From the IMG/VR virus record IMGVR_UViG_3300029318_000064, positions 1 through 30,533 of that record: a stretch of 30,533 bases of DNA. The stretch is one strand, 5' to 3'. Position 1 is the stretch's first letter, and the number at the start of each line of letters is the position of its first letter. The position numbers and the translations under genes were made by a program. Below are positions 28,501 to 30,533 of the stretch, one piece after another. The DNA is from a virus. Its lineage: Duplodnaviria > Caudoviricetes. The notes under the pieces were generated by a model. That model was not told the DNA's origin. It saw nothing but the letters and a program-made list of their open reading frames with translations, and ran no database searches.

Positions 28501-30533
28501 CCTGTACTATAAACACCAGCAGAGGATCCTTCTACAACACCATATGCATTGCTATCAATACCAAATACATACTTACCTTCATCAAATGCATTAGCACCAG
28601 AAGGAATACTCTCTAAAGTAATTTTGGTAAAGAATTGAGGATCAAAATAAGAATATCCAAAAGTAGTATTGTATGCAGAAGTTCCTGCCTCTAAACGACC
28701 TTTAGACAATACGATATCCGAATCGGAATTGAAACCAGCACCTCTGCTTTGTAGGAAGAAGTTGCTTGGTTTTGTTTTTCCAATAACAGGAGTAATAATA
28801 TCAGAGTAATCTACAACAAATCCAAACTCATTGGTATTTGCTGCAGCATCAGCTTCACTTAAGAAAATTCTTCTCTTATACTCACTATCAGAGAGATCAT
28901 ATTCTAATGTAAGCAATTCTAATTCGCTCTTGTTACCATACACTGTCAATTCTAAGAACTGAACAGATTCGGAAGAGTTAATTAGTGGTTTGTTTGTAGT
29001 TGCAAAGGATAGTGTTTTAAAAGAACTAATAGCGGTTGGTGTTCCAACATCACTTCTAGTTTTAATATAGAATAATTCACCAAACTGAGTTTGGAATGTG
29101 GAATCTGTAACTGCACCAATCAAGGTAACAGTATTTGTAATTTGTAAAGTGATGGTTTTAATTCCATCATCGGTATTGAAAATCTTACCTCTTCTATCAA
29201 TAGTCTGTCTATGATCTGTTGAAAGTTCCGTGTTATTCAGACCGATAGATCCATCATTAAATGTAGAGTATAGGAATACATCAGGATATGCTGTAAGTTC
29301 TGATCCTTCTTTGTTTAGAGGAACACTACCATACACATTGGTAATGCTGTAAGTTGGAAGACCTTTACTCTTAAGATTTACATTATCACTAGAAAGACTT
29401 TCTCTTGCCTTATTAATTTCAAGATACTTAGTCTCTTTGTTGACAATCTCATATCCTTTGATATATGCTTTACCAGGACCAATGCTGGCAACCATCTTCC
29501 TAGCAGCTTCTGCTGCACTCTTTCCGTTATAAAGACCAAACTCATCAACACCGTAGATACCTTTATTGCCATCTTTCTGAGCAAACTCTCTGATATCAAC
29601 AGCAAAATTATCTACAACGTAATCACCTGACTCGTCAAATGTTCTACGTGCTAAAGTTTGTTCTAGTACACTAAAGTCTGTAGAGGAAATTTTGCTTTGA
29701 ATTTGACCTCTAGAAACATTCAGTAATTGAATGAAATTCTTATCAGTGATTGCATTTAGAGCAAACTCTTTTAACTCTAAAGAAATCTTGAGTCTATGTG
29801 CTCCAGGAGCTGTGTAGTTCGCAGATCCAATAGAATTATCATATAGAGATGCATCTGCTTCTGGTGTTACAACTTCTTCTTTAATTGTAAATCCTACTTT
29901 TGCGGATGGTTTGTTATAATATTTGTCAATAACTAGGAGTGCTTCATCGTTGCGAACAAAATAACCATTGACAAAGTAAATTCCTTCTTCTACCTTTACA
30001 GCAGATCCATAACCCATCGCAGGACTTTCCAGAGAAGTAGTTTCTCCTGTATCAGGGTTAGTGATCTCAATACTAGTGGGAAGAACACTTCCGTCTGTAC
30101 CAACAACTAGAAGTGGTGTATTGACACCATCAACAACTTCTAGAGTCTCACCTTGACGGAAAGTTGGTTCCGTATTTGAATTACCACTATTGATGTAATT
30201 AACAAACAAAGTGTCAGCAGCAGTCTCTGTTGCCAACTTAGTTGCTAAAATAGTTGCAGTAACACCAGAAGTAAGACCTTGTACTTGCTGCCCTACCAGT
30301 TGACTGATGTCATACTTTTTGTAAACAATATCATTCCCTTCCGAGATAGCAACCTCAGAAACAGAAGATAATTTGACGTAATCTAATTTTGTATTAAGAC
30401 CTACCTCACCAGGGATGACAAGTTCACCCTGCTTAAATGCATACTTTCCAAAACTCTCAATTTGATTTTGGAGAATGGATTGTACCTGTGTTAGCTCCCT
30501 ACTTTGAATAGAGTATCCAGGACGGAATAGAAT
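22509..30533 (-). CDS. VrlC-like / DUF4815 giant virion structural protein, 5'-truncated by the window (>2670 aa)
   Basis: The frame stays open from the window end (ILFRPGYSIQSRELTQVQSILQNQIESFG) into the ORF-track protein. Family motifs include NYTAPGAHRLKI, LARRTFDESGDY, NRRYTMRDIGKLEKRIERLEYYTTLS, DRFKSGFFVDNF, NPLAQTF and PKIQDIRAVA. Confidence 0.88.
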   Translation of the reverse strand: MLFRPGYSIQSRELTQVQSILQNQIESFGKYAFKQGELVIPGEVGLNTKLDYVKLSSVSEVAISEGNDIVYKKYDISQLVGQQVQGLTSGVTATILATKLATETAADTLFVNYINSGNSNTEPTFRQGETLEVVDGVNTPLLVVGTDGSVLPTSIEITNPDTGETTSLESPAMGYGSAVKVEEGIYFVNGYFVRNDEALLVIDKYYNKPSAKVGFTIKEEVVTPEADASLYDNSIGSANYTAPGAHRLKISLELKEFALNAITDKNFIQLLNVSRGQIQSKISSTDFSVLEQTLARRTFDESGDYVVDNFAVDIREFAQKDGNKGIYGVDEFGLYNGKSAAEAARKMVASIGPGKAYIKGYEIVNKETKYLEINKARESLSSDNVNLKSKGLPTYSITNVYGSVPLNKEGSELTAYPDVFLYSTFNDGSIGLNNTELSTDHRQTIDRRGKIFNTDDGIKTITLQITNTVTLIGAVTDSTFQTQFGELFYIKTRSDVGTPTAISSFKTLSFATTNKPLINSSESVQFLELTVYGNKSELELLTLEYDLSDSEYKRRIFLSEADAAANTNEFGFVVDYSDIITPVIGKTKPSNFFLQSRGAGFNSDSDIVLSKGRLEAGTSAYNTTFGYSYFDPQFFTKITLESIPSGANAFDEGKYVFGIDSNAYGVVEGSSAGVYSTGRILFVKTLSGKFKSGETIRDEDGNTVKIARDNTISHFVVQNRGLGYADGVSLLINGLEFDASKIALGKTIAGNIYNATIINRRAVNVEYAQPPAVTVKNPDGASSPSSAAAVVPVLFRNTVTTYTPQNVKSIGCSYGSGNSNSFSADVVVDSQEQSEIKAVTNYTFFGSQGANFIESTSFSADASPILQQGDLVQFSDDSNNLVRAIVQYATKQEGASKSRIYLDTCLPGDVTNTSIVRLRPKVQNTNSGTLLFPTGSKQVSQISSGGDDTKIKYYFRRDFVTTASSGGGTITFAAQLPFGTQRFAAFSESNFIITVLDPGDAPNIVKGDIVYVSDDAVEISSATDTASGLTSGSISLQLPSTYFGTIPSNGTFPKLKLTATLEVSNAKPRLKTAVRNKRIVIASAGDRIVPFRGQDYDNEVVETLSYSDAFKLRYVYEGTSSQAPDVDSAGNLISGTDVTARYTFDNGQRDTLYDVSRIVLKPGFDPAVGQLLIAFDYFEQSQGDFCTIDSYLHEAGVPEDEIPSFNSSVHGNLELKNVIDFRPKVDSSAIIPGFLNIASLETTAGSFAGPGAILASTPAPDLGLEYTFSFSQIQYLDRIDGIFLDKKGNFIVKEGNSSLNPSKPDPIDDAVPLFYAYIPAFTKTTKDVRVTPVDNRRYTMRDIGKLEKRIERLEYYTTLSILEQQALNMQVKDEIGLDRFKSGFFVDNFEAHKVGNLSSLDYRCAVDSQQSVLRPQAKEDSVNLEEVNVREDQRSVSGYKKSGDMVTLPFSPLNLLGNDFASKTLNPNPFVVLQYVGDGEISPSIDHWYDQTEEPLVVDTNTDLFNIFLAKENVKESFSSLYNSFVVNWVGTSTSFTTINSLGQVNTQQAVTSVASASVASSSNISPQNNEVGKGIQTKSVGESLVSTSLAFFARSIPVRYVIRRMKPNTKMYVFLEGRDIGRWVNPDLRFTGIAGNSLSAFNGEITTDEYGNASGLIVVPAGLPPLENATWTGDVDTLPYDTSAEEVSITSGVLTFRFTSSATNAPKEEVDSYTEVKYYATGLLPENPASIVSTKPSYFKSNEGVQLIESNTDNPIRPNPLAQTFKIENLEGGCFVTGVDMFFSKKSTNIPVKAYISNVDAEKPAKNIVPGSEKTLSPNTFLKCFASGNLAVYKGESVTGASSAASGPIIKIFDKNNVELVATASGKYSLTNEQVYTVVLSNHNGKSFVQNEDLIIPSVTEANALNNTDLVLAIAKDSGKVSRMRITNTGQNYDSAILTIESPQLPGGSTATASIEVSNGKIYNAEVSLSGFGYTEAPSVVVKGVGNGAGGCEIQTFIEIDTPAVRMGVAVDAGEVTNSTTPTHFAFDYPVYLQNDTEYALVVETDSTDYELWVSRLGETDIATSTVITTQPSLGSVYRSQNTESWTEDIFEDLKFTLYRAEFDTTRPAELLLKNVNLGYELLDANPIETNASSNSASTSVLFKNNNAVVKVNHRDHGFEDSGKSYVFYRTALETGGITASTINSNLFQVTNSGVDSYNVLSPSQAAGNSLGGGTSVYASHNRKFETLYPQVHYLTFTGTTLDVSVKTTNVVPVDSTTTNYTSYSQSEYERTFLNEPHYFTNQKMIASEINETLNSLERSLTYKMQLSSTSSNLSPIIDLSSASVKTVSNRIENATGQESRFGRRDQVIEFYPVYQFDLAGNAGTEIQANQTIEGQTSKTTGTIARVNGSVVYVRVKTSQFFQKGELVSLGNQAQLTNVSVDSNPTQVFASIDDGSTIVARNPSVILETYDNIITGKTVIWNSQTQELTARVDIKPINDNYTDRIIDSVLYNRNAVVGDQIADIFRVGDFIKYPNQPDEEANYLEVGKVTYTNGIDFVAENTSKNGSAIAKYVTKEVVINNPATAINVHLMANVKDIANIQVLYKFKKASSQENFEDIDWVLFNGNGQPDTLELATTENTISSVVEKQSSYQDLKYSVSDIEEYSSFAIKIVMLGVDPAFAPKIQDIRAVAAF

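Noticed and set aside
705-29605. Numerous short plus-strand and nested minus-strand ORFs
   Set aside because: All overlap well-supported minus-strand genes, show no recognisable motifs and are typical shadows of biased codon usage.
30234-30236. ORF-track start of the 2575-aa protein
   Set aside because: It is an internal TTG; the frame is open to position 30533 with conserved family motifs, so the real start lies outside the window.
1-30533. CRISPR arrays, tRNAs, introns or inteins
   Set aside because: Intergenic gaps are at most about 60 nt; no spaced repeats, cloverleafs, interrupted frames or intein/homing-endonuclease motifs noticed by eye.

Overview
A 30.5 kb, minus-strand-only structural region of a T4-like marine myovirus, most likely a cyanophage (inferred from gene content). 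In transcription order it encodes: a 5'-truncated VrlC/DUF4815-like giant virion protein; a 71-aa hypothetical; a 1611-aa fibre-like protein with two amicyanin-type H...CxxHxxM motifs; a 166-aa protein; a 3081-aa fibre/tailspike-like protein; a fibrinogen-like YCDxxxxGGGW tip protein; a 2OG-Fe(II) oxygenase; a late-promoter-headed cassette (glycine-rich adhesin-like protein, two Pro/Trp-rich paralogues, five more 2OG-Fe(II) oxygenases); a small coiled-coil protein; neck protein gp13; and the start of gp14. The most striking observation is two tandem helical domains inside the 3081-aa protein that align by eye with phycobiliprotein subunits and keep cysteines at both canonical bilin-attachment positions, raising the hypothesis of a chromophorylated virion fibre. 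Also notable are possible type-1 copper sites on a virion protein, six dioxygenases embedded with tail-tip genes, and a hairpin that encloses a late promoter and masks the gp13 ribosome-binding site. All family assignments come from motif recognition and recalled reference sequences; no searches were run.
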